In this document: in pieces, positions 27,912 through 37,076 of the stretch
Layout of the letters: every line of letters starts with the position of its first letter
Numbering within the stretch: the first letter of the stretch is position 1
Assembly (NCBI GenBank): GCA_902768975.1
Contig: CACXMZ010000003.1
Span: 54,941-118,940, forward strand
Length of the DNA: 64,000 bases
Direction: 5' to 3'
DNA from: an uncultured Coriobacteriaceae bacterium
GTDB taxonomy: Bacteria; Actinomycetota; Coriobacteriia; Coriobacteriales; Eggerthellaceae
The notes under the pieces: model-generated
Database searches by the model: none
Seen by the model: the letters and a program-made list of their open reading frames with translations, nothing else
Told to the model about the DNA's origin: nothing
Program-made: the position numbers and the translations under genes

Positions 27912-29540
27912 GTGCTGGACGCAATCAGGAAACATGCAACCGTTAAGAGCATTCTTGGCATCGTGTTGATGCTGCTTTTGTTTTCGGCCATCGTTTTGGT
28001 CATTGGCTTTCGGGGTTTTACTGAACAAAATCTGTCCCAATATTCGGAAGGCGCCTTCCTTACGGCCGACACAGCAGCAGAAATTGTCGACGCAGACCGC
28101 ATAGAGGCTTATGCGCAAAGCGGGGGCAAGGGTGAAGAATATGAAGCGGTTTGGAACCAACTCGATTATTTGTGCAACGTAACAGGCTCGACTTTTGTCT
28201 ACGTCATTATTCCCGACCGTTCAGACTATGCTCATATCACGTTTATCTTTTCTACCATTAATCATAAGAGCGACTTTTCGGTCTATGACTTTGGCTATGT
28301 GCGCGATACCACCAACGATGAATATAAGCAAAAGTATGCTGCTATTTATGACTTGAAAAGTGAACGTGAACTGGTCATACGTGACCGTGGCTACATAGAA
28401 ACCGATCCTCATATTACCGCCATGATAGGCCTTAAGGGTTCGGACGGGCAGGTTAAAGCCATACTGTGCGTTCAGCGCCAGATGGACGTACTCGCCCAGG
28501 CGCGTCAACGTTATATCAACAGCGTTTTAATTACGCTCGTGGTATTGGCCCTGCTGTTCATTTCCTTGCAGGTATTTTTCCTGAACAAGATGCTCTTGAA
28601 CCCTTTGAAGCAGATTTCCAATGAAGCAGCCCGCTTTGCAAAGGAAAATGTGCCTGCCACCACAAAGTTGGCCGATACGGTTACAAACACCGACGAGATA
28701 GGGCAGCTTGCCGCAGATATCGACCTTATGGAAGAACAAATTCACGACTACGTCAACGACTTAATGTCGGTAACAGCGGAAAAGGAACGTATTTCTACGG
28801 AGCTCGACCTTGCAAACCGCATCCAAACGAGCATGTTGCCCAGTATCTTCCCGGCCTTCCCCGACCACGATGAATTCGATATCCATGCGTCTATGGACCC
28901 GGCGAAAGAAGTAGGCGGCGACTTCTACGACTTCTTCTTTGTTGACGACAAGCGCCTTTGTATGGTCATAGCCGACGTGAGCGGTAAAGGCGTGCCTGCT
29001 GCCTTATTTATGATGGGGTCTAAAATCCTTCTGCAGAATCTTGCTCTTGTGAAGCGCGGTCCAGCGGAAGTCCTTGATGCGGCAAACAATCAGATTTGCC
29101 GGAACGAACATGAAGATATGTTCGTCACCGTTTGGATTGGCATTCTCGACGTTACGACGGGCAAGCTGACCGCAGCGAATGCGGGGCATGAATATCCGGC
29201 TCTTAAGCACGGGGACGGTAGCTTCGAATTAGTAAAAGACAAGCATGGTTTGGTAGTGGGAGTCATGGAGGGTGTGCCCTACACGGAATACGAAATTCAG
29301 CTCGAACCAGGTGACAAGCTGTTCGTGTATACCGACGGCGTTCCTGAAGCCACGAATGCAGAAGAAGAGCTGTTTGGTACCGACAGAATGATTGATGCGC
29401 TCTCTACGGCCAACGATGAAACGCCCCAGAAGGTACTTGAAACCGTGAAGAGTGCTGTTGATGAATTTGTTGGCGAAGCCGACCAGTTTGACGACATTAC
29501 TATGCTTTGCTTGCAGTACAAGGGTGCCCCCACGGCATAA
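27912..29540 (+). CDS. Membrane sensor protein phosphatase (extracytoplasmic domain, HAMP, PP2C/SpoIIE)
   Basis: Two TM segments flank a roughly 180-aa extracytoplasmic region, followed by a HAMP-like linker. The SpoIIE/PP2C core is present (GGDFYDFF...ADVSGKGVPAALFM...YTDGV.EA). It has a GTG start with a GAGGGGG RBS. Confidence 0.8.
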   Translation: MLDAIRKHATVKSILGIVLMLLLFSAIVLVIGFRGFTEQNLSQYSEGAFLTADTAAEIVDADRIEAYAQSGGKGEEYEAVWNQLDYLCNVTGSTFVYVIIPDRSDYAHITFIFSTINHKSDFSVYDFGYVRDTTNDEYKQKYAAIYDLKSERELVIRDRGYIETDPHITAMIGLKGSDGQVKAILCVQRQMDVLAQARQRYINSVLITLVVLALLFISLQVFFLNKMLLNPLKQISNEAARFAKENVPATTKLADTVTNTDEIGQLAADIDLMEEQIHDYVNDLMSVTAEKERISTELDLANRIQTSMLPSIFPAFPDHDEFDIHASMDPAKEVGGDFYDFFFVDDKRLCMVIADVSGKGVPAALFMMGSKILLQNLALVKRGPAEVLDAANNQICRNEHEDMFVTVWIGILDVTTGKLTAANAGHEYPALKHGDGSFELVKDKHGLVVGVMEGVPYTEYEIQLEPGDKLFVYTDGVPEATNAEEELFGTDRMIDALSTANDETPQKVLETVKSAVDEFVGEADQFDDITMLCLQYKGAPTA

Positions 29541-29561
29541 TTTTTCCATTTCCCCAAAGGG

Positions 29562-30353
29562 TTACAGGAGGGCGAGGATGGCGGACTTGGCTTCCAGGAA
29601 TTCGGGAGTCAGGGAGTAGTCGTGGACTGGTATGCCGTTGGATCTTGTGTAGTCTTCGGAAGTAGTTTCGCTTGGATGCTGGGGTATTATTTCGCCCGCA
29701 ATCCTGCTGTAGACGCCGTGCACTTCGCTTTTCCCGAGCACATAAATGCGGTCGGCAAGAAGGGTGGCTTCGTCGGGGTCGTGCGTAATCATAAGCGTTG
29801 AAAGCCCCAGTTCAGCAACCATTCTTTTGAACCAGGTACGGAGGCTCGTGCGGGTGATAGCGTCAAGTGCGCTGAAGGGTTCGTCGAGCAGCACCACGCT
29901 ATTACCCTGCAGGTAGGTGCGCGCGAAGGCCACGCGCTGGCGCATGCCGCCCGAAAGCTGCGCAGGCCACGCATCGGCAACCGAAGCAAGGCCCAAGTGA
30001 TCGAGCAAGGCAAGCGCTTGGTCGCGCGCTTCACTCTTTGCGGTACCGGCGAGCACAAGGGGAAGGGCGGCGTTGTCGACTACCCGCAAGTTGGGAAGAA
30101 GCAGGTCCTTCTGAAGCATATAGCTAATGTGACCAGGCTTACCCGTTATGTCTGCACCGCGCAGAAGCACCTGGCCTGCCCGGGGGGCTAGCAAGCCAGC
30201 AAGGGCATGTAAAATCGTAGTTTTGCCCATGCCGCTTTTGCCCACCAGGCAGACCAGTTCGCCTTCGCGCACTTCAAGGCTAAGCCCGTCGACAATAAAG
30301 TCGTCTTCGTGCCATGCAAGCGTAAGGTTTTGTGCTTCCAGAATGACAGACAT
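29562..30353 (-). CDS. ABC transporter ATP-binding protein (NitT/TauT family; ThiZ-like)
   Basis: Walker A GKSGMGKTT, signature LSGGMRQRVAFAR and Walker B LLDEPFSALD are present. The start at 30353 lies 1 nt after the stop of the upstream gene. The longer ORF to 30446 overlaps that gene and is unlikely. Confidence 0.85.
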   Translation of the reverse strand: MSVILEAQNLTLAWHEDDFIVDGLSLEVREGELVCLVGKSGMGKTTILHALAGLLAPRAGQVLLRGADITGKPGHISYMLQKDLLLPNLRVVDNAALPLVLAGTAKSEARDQALALLDHLGLASVADAWPAQLSGGMRQRVAFARTYLQGNSVVLLDEPFSALDAITRTSLRTWFKRMVAELGLSTLMITHDPDEATLLADRIYVLGKSEVHGVYSRIAGEIIPQHPSETTSEDYTRSNGIPVHDYSLTPEFLEAKSAILALL

Positions 30354-30354
30354 C

Positions 30355-32142
30355 TTAGTGTTCCAGGTACTCCATAGTGAAGCCAGCCTTGGGGTCGAAA
30401 GGCTTTTCAGATAGCTGGTAGTCGTTAATCCACTGATAGAAGCCACTCCAGCGCTCTTCGTCGATTACGCCCCAGCTGCTGGCATCGGCAATATATTGCG
30501 GGCTGATAATGGCCTGGGCTTCCTGAATCAAAGCAGGGTCCAGTTCGGGCACAGCCTTGCACAGCAGATCGCCCGCTTCCTTGGGGTATTCAGCGGCATA
30601 TTCGTAGCCGCGCTTTGCTGCACGCAGGAAGGCCTTCACGAGTTCGGGGTTTTCGGCGGCCCAGGTGTCGTTAACCGCAATGACGGGAGTGTAGAAGTCA
30701 AATACGGGGCTCATGTCGCCAAAGGCAAAATAATTCACGGGGTAGTTCTGCAAATTGGCATTGGCAACCGCCCACCATTCATACACCCAAACGCAGTCGT
30801 AAAGGTCGGCCTGCAGGCCCATAACGTCGTCGTCCACTTCGTAGGGTACGAGTTCAACGTCGTCAAAAGATGCGCCGTCGTCTTCCACCAGATGCTTGAT
30901 AGTAGCCTGCTCAACAGGAAGATTCCAGGTAGCATAACGCTTGCCAGCCATTTTGCCCGGGCTGGTAATGCCGTCTTCAGCGCGGCTCATGATGCCACTC
31001 GTGTTGTGCTGCACCACGGCAGCCACCGCAGTGTAGGGCATGGGTTCGGCGGCGCCAAGGCTGTTGGCGATGTAGTCCTGGTAGGTCATGCCCATGTTGG
31101 CACCACCAGAACCTATTAAAGCGTCGCTGCCGTCGGCGGGGCAGGGCACCAGTTCAACTTCGATGCCCTCTTCCAAAAACCAGCCGTTTTCAATGGCGGC
31201 ATAGATGCCGGTATGGTTTACGTTGGGGGAATAGTCAAGCACGAAGCTCACCTTGGCGGGTGCTTCATTCACCATGCCTGGTTTGTCGGTTGGTTGGCAG
31301 GCGCTTAAGCCCAGCACGCCCGACAAAGCCAAAACGGCCGCAGTCATAAGAGCAATTCCGTTGTTGCGTTTCTTCTTCATGTTTTTCCTTTCCGCAGCCT
31401 TCCACGGCATGCTTATTTTTTCGAGCACTCCCACGAGCCACATAAGGGCAAGCGAAAGCAAGCTAATAACCACAATCGACGCGAACATTTTGTCGTAGCT
31501 AAAGGACTTGCGTACACGCGTCATGTACACACCCAGGCCCGAAAACCCGCCAAGCCATTCAGCAATGACGGCCGCCACAATGGCATAAGTCGCGCTAATT
31601 TTGAGCCCCGCGAAGAATTGGTCACCCGCTGCTGGCAGTTTCACATAGCGGAAGATCTGCCAGTCGTTGGCACCCATGGTATGCATGAGGTCAATCTCGT
31701 CGGGGTCGACGCTGCGGAAGCCCGAAATAAGCGAAACGGCAATGGGGAAGAAGGTTGTAAGTACGATAAGCACGACCTTCGGAAGAATGCCGTAACCAAA
31801 CCACAGGACGAGCAGTGGTGCGATGGCAATGGTGGGTACCGTTTGCGAAACGGTCAGCAGTGGCTGGAAGGCAAGGTAGAGTATTTCGATGCGGTCCATG
31901 GCCACCGCGATGGCAAAACCAAGTATTACGCCAACGCTCAGACCAATGGCAGCTTCCAAAAGCGTCGTGCCAGAATGCTTGGCAAGCAATGCTGCGTCGC
32001 CCACGAGTGCGGCAATCACCTGGGTGGGGGCGGGCAGCATGTAGGAAGGCACGAGCCCCGTGCGGCATACCACTTCCCAGGTGCATAGCAATATAAGCAC
32101 CGCAGCGCTTGGCACCAACCATGTTTTCGTAGATGAGTTCAT
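30355..32142 (-). CDS. Fused ABC permease (ThiX-like, aa 1-250) and NMT1/THI5-like substrate-binding lipoprotein (ThiY-like, aa 255-595)
   Basis: The N-terminal half is a NitT/TauT-type permease. At codon 255 there is an in-frame MKKKRNNGIALMTAAVLALSGVLGLSAC, a complete lipoprotein signal with lipobox, preceded by GGAAAGGAAAA. The C-terminal half resembles NMT1/THI5-type binding proteins. A TPP riboswitch lies upstream. Confidence 0.8.
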   Translation of the reverse strand: MNSSTKTWLVPSAAVLILLCTWEVVCRTGLVPSYMLPAPTQVIAALVGDAALLAKHSGTTLLEAAIGLSVGVILGFAIAVAMDRIEILYLAFQPLLTVSQTVPTIAIAPLLVLWFGYGILPKVVLIVLTTFFPIAVSLISGFRSVDPDEIDLMHTMGANDWQIFRYVKLPAAGDQFFAGLKISATYAIVAAVIAEWLGGFSGLGVYMTRVRKSFSYDKMFASIVVISLLSLALMWLVGVLEKISMPWKAAERKNMKKKRNNGIALMTAAVLALSGVLGLSACQPTDKPGMVNEAPAKVSFVLDYSPNVNHTGIYAAIENGWFLEEGIEVELVPCPADGSDALIGSGGANMGMTYQDYIANSLGAAEPMPYTAVAAVVQHNTSGIMSRAEDGITSPGKMAGKRYATWNLPVEQATIKHLVEDDGASFDDVELVPYEVDDDVMGLQADLYDCVWVYEWWAVANANLQNYPVNYFAFGDMSPVFDFYTPVIAVNDTWAAENPELVKAFLRAAKRGYEYAAEYPKEAGDLLCKAVPELDPALIQEAQAIISPQYIADASSWGVIDEERWSGFYQWINDYQLSEKPFDPKAGFTMEYLEH

Positions 32143-32147
32143 ACGTA

Positions 32148-32246
32148 CTTCCTACGCCGGCATTATCCGGATCAGGTTCTTCGGGTCGTGGCATTTGCGG
32201 TGCCACCTCTCAGCCAGGCCAATTCCTAGCTCCCCCTGGGGTAGAC
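32148..32246 (-). promoter_or_regulatory. TPP (THI-box) riboswitch
   Basis: The minus strand reads ...GGGGAGCTAGGAATTGGCCTGGCTGAGAGGTGGCACCGCAAATGCCACGACCCGAAGAACCTGATCCGGATAATGCCGGCGTAGGAAG. This contains the conserved CUGAGA, ACCC and GAACCUGAUCCGGAUAAUGCCGGCGUAGGAA blocks. It lies immediately 5' of the ThiX/Y-like gene. Confidence 0.85.
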
Positions 32247-32409
32247 AGAGTATAGCACATGCCTTATTGCGTACATGCGGTGTATCGACAAAGGGCGAGG
32301 GCTTCGTTGAAGCGTTTATTCTTTGCCAGACATAATGCGAAGCAAGTTTTGTTCAAAATGTGGAGATATAGATAATATATTAGCCAAAACTATTGCAAAG
32401 GGCGCAAAT

Positions 32410-32736
32410 ATGGGTACTATATACCTCATGAATGCGCCTCTCTTATCGCAAGAAACGCCGCATAAACACACTCACGCGATAGCTCAGAGGATGCGCGCTC
32501 GGAGAAAAGAGGCGCATTTATCACAAGCGCAGTTGAGCCAGTTGTCCGGCGTTAGTTTGGGGTCTCTAAAGAGATTCGAACAAACGGGGGAAATTTCCCT
32601 CTCATCTCTCGTTGCGCTTTCTTCCGCCCTTGAATGCGAAAATGAACTCACCACGCTCTTTGCCCCAGAAGGCTTGGGTGACGTGCGCGCGGCCTTGAAG
32701 GTTATCGAAGAATACGTCGAATCCCGCGCCAGCTAA
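32410..32736 (+). CDS. XRE-family helix-turn-helix transcriptional regulator
   Basis: IAQRMRARRKEAHLSQAQLSQLSGVSLGSLKRFEQTGEISL is a Cro/C1-type HTH. The start is uncertain (ATG 32410 or 32428; the ORF is open from 32323). Confidence 0.7.
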   Translation: MGTIYLMNAPLLSQETPHKHTHAIAQRMRARRKEAHLSQAQLSQLSGVSLGSLKRFEQTGEISLSSLVALSSALECENELTTLFAPEGLGDVRAALKVIEEYVESRAS

Positions 32737-32796
32737 TTCTGTGTGCAATCTTGTTAAGCCGTTACAATTAGTGAGAACATTTTTGAGGAGGCTGGC

Positions 32797-33561
32797 ATGG
32801 ATAAAGCGCGTGCAAAAGAACTCTTGGAAGCAGTGGCGGCGGGCAATCTGAAGGTCGACGAGGCACTGCTTCAATTTCAAACAGCAGATGTAACGGATAT
32901 TGGTTATGCGCAGGTGGACCATTCACGTGCCATGCGCCAAGGTGTGGGAGAAGTGGTCTACGGCGAAGGCAAGACGGCCGACCAGATTTGGGGCATTTGC
33001 AAAACCATGCTTGAGGCAGGGCAGGAGCGCATCCTTATTACGCGCCTCGATGCCGCCAAGGCCCAAGAACTTGCCGGCGTGTTTGACCTGGACTACCACG
33101 AAGCTGCACGTATTGGCATTATTGGTGGGCTACCCCAGCCAAACGGTAATGGCACTATTGTTGTAGCCTGCGCGGGCACAAGCGACTTGCCGGTGGCTGA
33201 AGAAGCGGCGCTCACGGCTGAAGTGCTCGGCAATGAAATAGTGCGCCTGTTCGACGTGGGCGTAGCGGGCATTCATCGCCTGCTTTCTCATACCGAAGAC
33301 ATAGCCCGCGCTAACGTAATTATTGCGGTGGCGGGCATGGAAGGTGCGCTGCCTTCGGTGGTAGGGGGCTTGGCGTCCTGCCCGGTCATCGCCGTGCCAA
33401 CGAGTGTGGGCTACGGCGCGTCCTTCGACGGGCTCGCGGCCTTGCTTGCCATGCTCAATAGCTGTGCGAGCGGCATTTCGGTCGTTAATATAGACAACGG
33501 CTTTGGCGCTGGCTACCAGGCTTCCATGATTAATCACGTTAAAACAGGGCGGGGGGAATAA
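32797..33561 (+). CDS. larB: Nickel-pincer cofactor biosynthesis protein LarB (PurE-like NaAD carboxylase/hydrolase)
   Basis: The N-terminal helical region, DHSRAMRQGVGEVVYGEGKT and a PurE-like C-terminal half (VACAGTSDLPVAEEA...AVAGMEGALPSVVGGL) match LarB architecture. Confidence 0.8.
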   Translation: MDKARAKELLEAVAAGNLKVDEALLQFQTADVTDIGYAQVDHSRAMRQGVGEVVYGEGKTADQIWGICKTMLEAGQERILITRLDAAKAQELAGVFDLDYHEAARIGIIGGLPQPNGNGTIVVACAGTSDLPVAEEAALTAEVLGNEIVRLFDVGVAGIHRLLSHTEDIARANVIIAVAGMEGALPSVVGGLASCPVIAVPTSVGYGASFDGLAALLAMLNSCASGISVVNIDNGFGAGYQASMINHVKTGRGE

Positions 33562-33563
33562 GT

Positions 33564-34115
33564 ATGCCAACTATGCACTGGGACCTTACGCAGTGGGCCA
33601 CGCGCGCCTACCTCTTCGACGAAGTTTGCGCAGGCGAAGATGGGCTGGCGGAAAGCATTCGTGCGCAGGCTGCAGAAGCCGGTGTGCCGCAGGAACACCA
33701 TCATCACCTGTCTGACATTTTGAATACTATCGACAACTTACAGGGCGTGCCCGAACAGGTTCAGGACGACATGCGTGCCATTTACCAGGTGCTCGCCGAA
33801 GCAGAAGCGCAGGTGCACGGCAGCGAAGTGGATCATATGCATTTCCATGAAGTGGGCGAGGGAAGCCATATTCAAAGCGTACTGGAGATTTGCCTTGCCA
33901 TTCGCTCCCTGCAGCCGCAGCGTATCACGTCAACGCACGTGCAGGTAGGAAGTGGCCAAGTGCAATGCGCCCATGGTCTTATGGACATTCCTGCACCAGC
34001 CACGGCAGCTATCCTTGCGCGTGGTGTTCCTATTTTCGAGCCGCGCCTTGAAGGGGAGCGTTGCACGCCCACGAGTGCTGCGGTCATCTTTCACTTTGTG
34101 GATGAATTCATCTAG
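33564..34115 (+). CDS. larC: LarC N-terminal-domain-like protein, truncated and diverged (no LarC2/CTP-binding domain)
   Basis: A His tract (EHHHH) and VDHMHFHEVGEG...VGSGQVQCAHGLMDIPAPATAAIL...GERCTPTSAAV parallel the LarC N-terminal domain. The usual N-terminal FSGISGDM motif is degraded (VCAGEDGL), and the ORF stops at 183 aa with a convergent gene next. Confidence 0.6.
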   Translation: MPTMHWDLTQWATRAYLFDEVCAGEDGLAESIRAQAAEAGVPQEHHHHLSDILNTIDNLQGVPEQVQDDMRAIYQVLAEAEAQVHGSEVDHMHFHEVGEGSHIQSVLEICLAIRSLQPQRITSTHVQVGSGQVQCAHGLMDIPAPATAAILARGVPIFEPRLEGERCTPTSAAVIFHFVDEFI

Positions 34116-34187
34116 GCAGTGTACCCAATCAAGCAGCTTGCTGCATTGCGTATGTATGACGGGGTTGTTTGGGTAGTTCCGTAGCGC

Positions 34188-36746
34188 CTAGGCAAACGCT
34201 GCGCCCGAATCTTGCTTCTGGCGGCGGAAGAACACCAAACGCTCTACCATGCCACAGGCAACCAAGGCGACGGTAAGCGGTAGCACGAAGGGCGCAAAGG
34301 GGTTGTCCGCGAGGACTTCCTTTATCTCTTCCTGTTGCGGAATAACAGAAAGCTTGCGCCAGCGCTGACCAAGTTGGCCAGTCGTTTTCTCTTCTTGAGC
34401 AGCCACTTCTTCATTGATCTTTTCGGTAACTTCTGGGTCAACCTGGATATTGAGCCCAGGTGCTTCAGGGGCAGGCGTCGCTTCGTCTGCCTTGGTAATG
34501 CTGTCGATGGGAACCAGCTGGCTTGGCTGAGTGGGCGTGTTCTGCGGTGCCGGCGTCGGGCTTGAGGGCGGCTGCTGGCTGGGGGGCTGGGTGTTTTCTT
34601 GCGAAGGGGCAGCACCAGATTCTGAACTGGAAGAATCGCCTGCTTCTGAACTGCCACCTTGTTCACTTGGGCCTGGTTCGCCAGAGCCGCTTGAACTTGA
34701 ATCGCCAGAACTGCTCGAGCTTGAGTCACCAGAACCTTCGCCGCCTGGTACGCCCGAACTAGAGCTTCCTTCGCTGGGTTCAAATTCAGACGGGTCCGCG
34801 TCGGAAAGCGCTACCAGCATTTGAATATTAGTGCACGCGACATTCGGGTCACAATCGCATTCGTCACCATCACAGGTATTCGAAGAACCTGCACCGTTTG
34901 TGCGCACCTTTACGCGATACCAGTTGCCCATGGTGCTTTCATCCGTGGGAACCTTGTAAGAGCTGTCGTGTGCGTCGGCAATGGTTGTCCAGGTCCTACC
35001 GTAGTCGGGGGAAACATACCATTCGTAAGTCACGGCCGACTCCTGCTTATTGAGCAGCTGGACCGTGAACATGGTGTCGGTACCTTCCCAGGTCGGTTCA
35101 TATTCAAGCACGGCGAGGAATTCGTCTTCGCCTGCTGCTCGAATAGTGACAGGCTCTGAAGTAAAGGTGTCAACTATGTTGCCGTCGTCGTCTTTAAAAC
35201 TGCTATCCAGAATACGGACGTTTACGCGGTACTGCCATCCGATGGTCTTTTCAGTTGTAGGAACTTGCATGACCTGGATGTTTTCGTTTGGCGTATATTC
35301 CCAGCTAGCGCCCCCGTCAGTCGAAACTTCCCATTCGTAGTAGAAGGTGATATGCCCCACATCGGCAAGGATGGGGGTAAGGAATGCATTGAGAGGTGGA
35401 TCTTTTAAGGGCGCGGGGATGTAGCTGATTCGCACAAGGCCTGAACCCGTGTCGTCGGAGCTGGGCTCCACCCATTGGGCATACAGAGTAAGACTCAAAG
35501 GCCCTGTGGCCGCTTCGCTTGAAGATGCTTCACCAGCGTGGGAGGAAGCTTCTCCAGGACTGCTGGATTCTGCAGAACTTGGAGCCATGCTTTCGGTCGG
35601 ATTGGTTCCTTCGCCGTCGTTTTCGCTACCTTCACCTTCGCTTGGCGTTTCGTCGCCAGTAGACTCTGCTGCCGCGGCGGCTGCAGCTTGAACGTCTGCA
35701 ATCGTTGCAGCATTCACACTTGCACCTGGCGCAAAGGAACTCCCTTTGCCGTCGGCTTGGGTGTTCCAGCCCCCAAAGGTTTTGCCTTCAGGCGCCTCAA
35801 CTCCTTCAGGAATATTTGCGACAACCGCGTTGCCGTTTTCGTCGCTATTGGTAGGTGCAAGACTTCCTTCCACCCCGTTAAGATCATAGGTGATGATGAC
35901 TGCTGCTACGGGAGCCGCTGGGTCCGAAGAACTTGAACTAGAACTTGAATCTTCCGATTCGGAGTCTGTTGAAACCACGTCAATCTTGTTAGAAACATGA
36001 GCGGAGCCATAGACACCCTTGTCGGAGTAGGCACTCACGTGGATGCTGAGCCCTGCCTTAATGGTAAGTACACCCGTTTTTTCATCGATATGTGCCTGCT
36101 CCTTGGGGACGGCATGTTCTTCAGTGCTGCCTTCAGTAGTGGTGTAGATCTTCCACTTAATATCTTCGTCGGAAAGTTTGCCTTCCGTAAGCGTGCTCAA
36201 GTTCGTTTTTGGCGTAAGGGTTACTTCCTTTGTTTCAGCCGAATTTGAGTCGGGCACATAGACAATGCGAAGTCTAAATTCATACTTCGCTTCTTTGTCC
36301 TTGTCGTTCTTTATTGTGAGAACTTCGTTGTTGCCGAAGGTTTCTTTTTCGTTCTTATCAGGGTCCCAGGTACCTTCAGCCTTGAGGATTTCAATGCTTT
36401 TGATATAGGCATAAGATGCCGGCGGTGTGTCGGGAACGTCTTCGCTGCTGCTGGGGTCAGGGTTTGGATTGGGGTTTTCGCCAGGGTTGTCGCCCGGGTC
36501 GGGGTCTGTACCTGGGCCAGGGTCGTCTGGGGCAGGGTCGCCTGGAGCGGGGTCATCGGGAGGTGGGGTGTCGCTCGAAGATGCCGCGCCCCCTTCGCCT
36601 TCTGGCGGGGTGCCCGTGTCGCCCGCTGCATTTTCATCTGTGGGTTCAGCACCGTAGGCAAAACTGTATTCCAGATGCCAGGTGAACATAAAGGTCAGCG
36701 AAAAGACCAGCAGAATTCGGAGTATTTTCGAAGCAACCCTGCTCAT
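34188..36746 (-). CDS. Large secreted, membrane-anchored multi-domain surface protein (852 aa)
   Basis: The protein starts with a signal peptide and a Pro/Asp-rich spacer, then an Ig-like segment (IDEKTGVLTIKAGLSIHVSA). A Listeria-Bacteroides-type repeat follows (VIITYDLNG...GKTFGGWNT...LTLYAQW) and is interrupted by low complexity. Two paralogous modules carry Asp-box motifs (STDGGASW, SPDYGRTW). After Ser/Gly- and Pro/Gln-rich tracts comes a C-terminal TM plus basic tail (FFRRQKQ). No LPXTG is present. Confidence 0.8.
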   Translation of the reverse strand: MSRVASKILRILLVFSLTFMFTWHLEYSFAYGAEPTDENAAGDTGTPPEGEGGAASSSDTPPPDDPAPGDPAPDDPGPGTDPDPGDNPGENPNPNPDPSSSEDVPDTPPASYAYIKSIEILKAEGTWDPDKNEKETFGNNEVLTIKNDKDKEAKYEFRLRIVYVPDSNSAETKEVTLTPKTNLSTLTEGKLSDEDIKWKIYTTTEGSTEEHAVPKEQAHIDEKTGVLTIKAGLSIHVSAYSDKGVYGSAHVSNKIDVVSTDSESEDSSSSSSSSDPAAPVAAVIITYDLNGVEGSLAPTNSDENGNAVVANIPEGVEAPEGKTFGGWNTQADGKGSSFAPGASVNAATIADVQAAAAAAAESTGDETPSEGEGSENDGEGTNPTESMAPSSAESSSPGEASSHAGEASSSEAATGPLSLTLYAQWVEPSSDDTGSGLVRISYIPAPLKDPPLNAFLTPILADVGHITFYYEWEVSTDGGASWEYTPNENIQVMQVPTTEKTIGWQYRVNVRILDSSFKDDDGNIVDTFTSEPVTIRAAGEDEFLAVLEYEPTWEGTDTMFTVQLLNKQESAVTYEWYVSPDYGRTWTTIADAHDSSYKVPTDESTMGNWYRVKVRTNGAGSSNTCDGDECDCDPNVACTNIQMLVALSDADPSEFEPSEGSSSSGVPGGEGSGDSSSSSSGDSSSSGSGEPGPSEQGGSSEAGDSSSSESGAAPSQENTQPPSQQPPSSPTPAPQNTPTQPSQLVPIDSITKADEATPAPEAPGLNIQVDPEVTEKINEEVAAQEEKTTGQLGQRWRKLSVIPQQEEIKEVLADNPFAPFVLPLTVALVACGMVERLVFFRRQKQDSGAAFA

Positions 36747-36764
36747 AAAACTTGCGTGCGTTTC

Positions 36765-37067
36765 CTATTCTTCAACCAGGTAGTATTGCCCAGTTTCGGG
36801 ATCCATATAAACGCGACCCATTTCAACATAGTTCGAGTCGCTTGCACCTTCTGTCTGGGCGCTTTCTTCGAGGCTTTCAATTTCTTCGCCCAGCTCAACC
36901 TGCGAAAAAGCGCCAAGGTCAACGCTCCAGGCAACAATAAGAGCTGTCATAAGACCGCAGGCAAACACGAGCATAACGTCGCCGATGCCGCTCATGGACG
37001 TCATGGGGTCAACATCTTCTACGGCCGTGTTTCCTCGGAAGGATGAACGTGAATCGTAGTAGCTCAT
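36765..37067 (-). CDS. Small single-pass membrane protein with ExbD/TolR-like TM signature (possibly the family often annotated DUF2149)
   Basis: In the 100-aa protein, ...MSGIGDVMLVFACGLMTALIV reproduces the (I/V)DVMLVLL motif, with its conserved Asp, found in ExbD/TolR TM helices. The start lies 9 nt after the stop of the MotA/ExbB-like gene, with a GGGGGAA RBS. Confidence 0.6.
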   Translation of the reverse strand: MSYYDSRSSFRGNTAVEDVDPMTSMSGIGDVMLVFACGLMTALIVAWSVDLGAFSQVELGEEIESLEESAQTEGASDSNYVEMGRVYMDPETGQYYLVEE

Positions 37068-37076
37068 AGTTCCCCC

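Noticed and set aside
29562-30446. Longer 294-aa version of the ABC ATPase, and the 40503 start for gatB, the 42131 start for the lipoprotein, the 50728 start for hisH and the 19283 start for queD.
   Set aside because: In each case the extended N-terminus overlaps the preceding gene's coding sequence and has no family similarity. An internal start with an RBS, or with stop-start coupling, gives a protein beginning at the conserved N-terminus.
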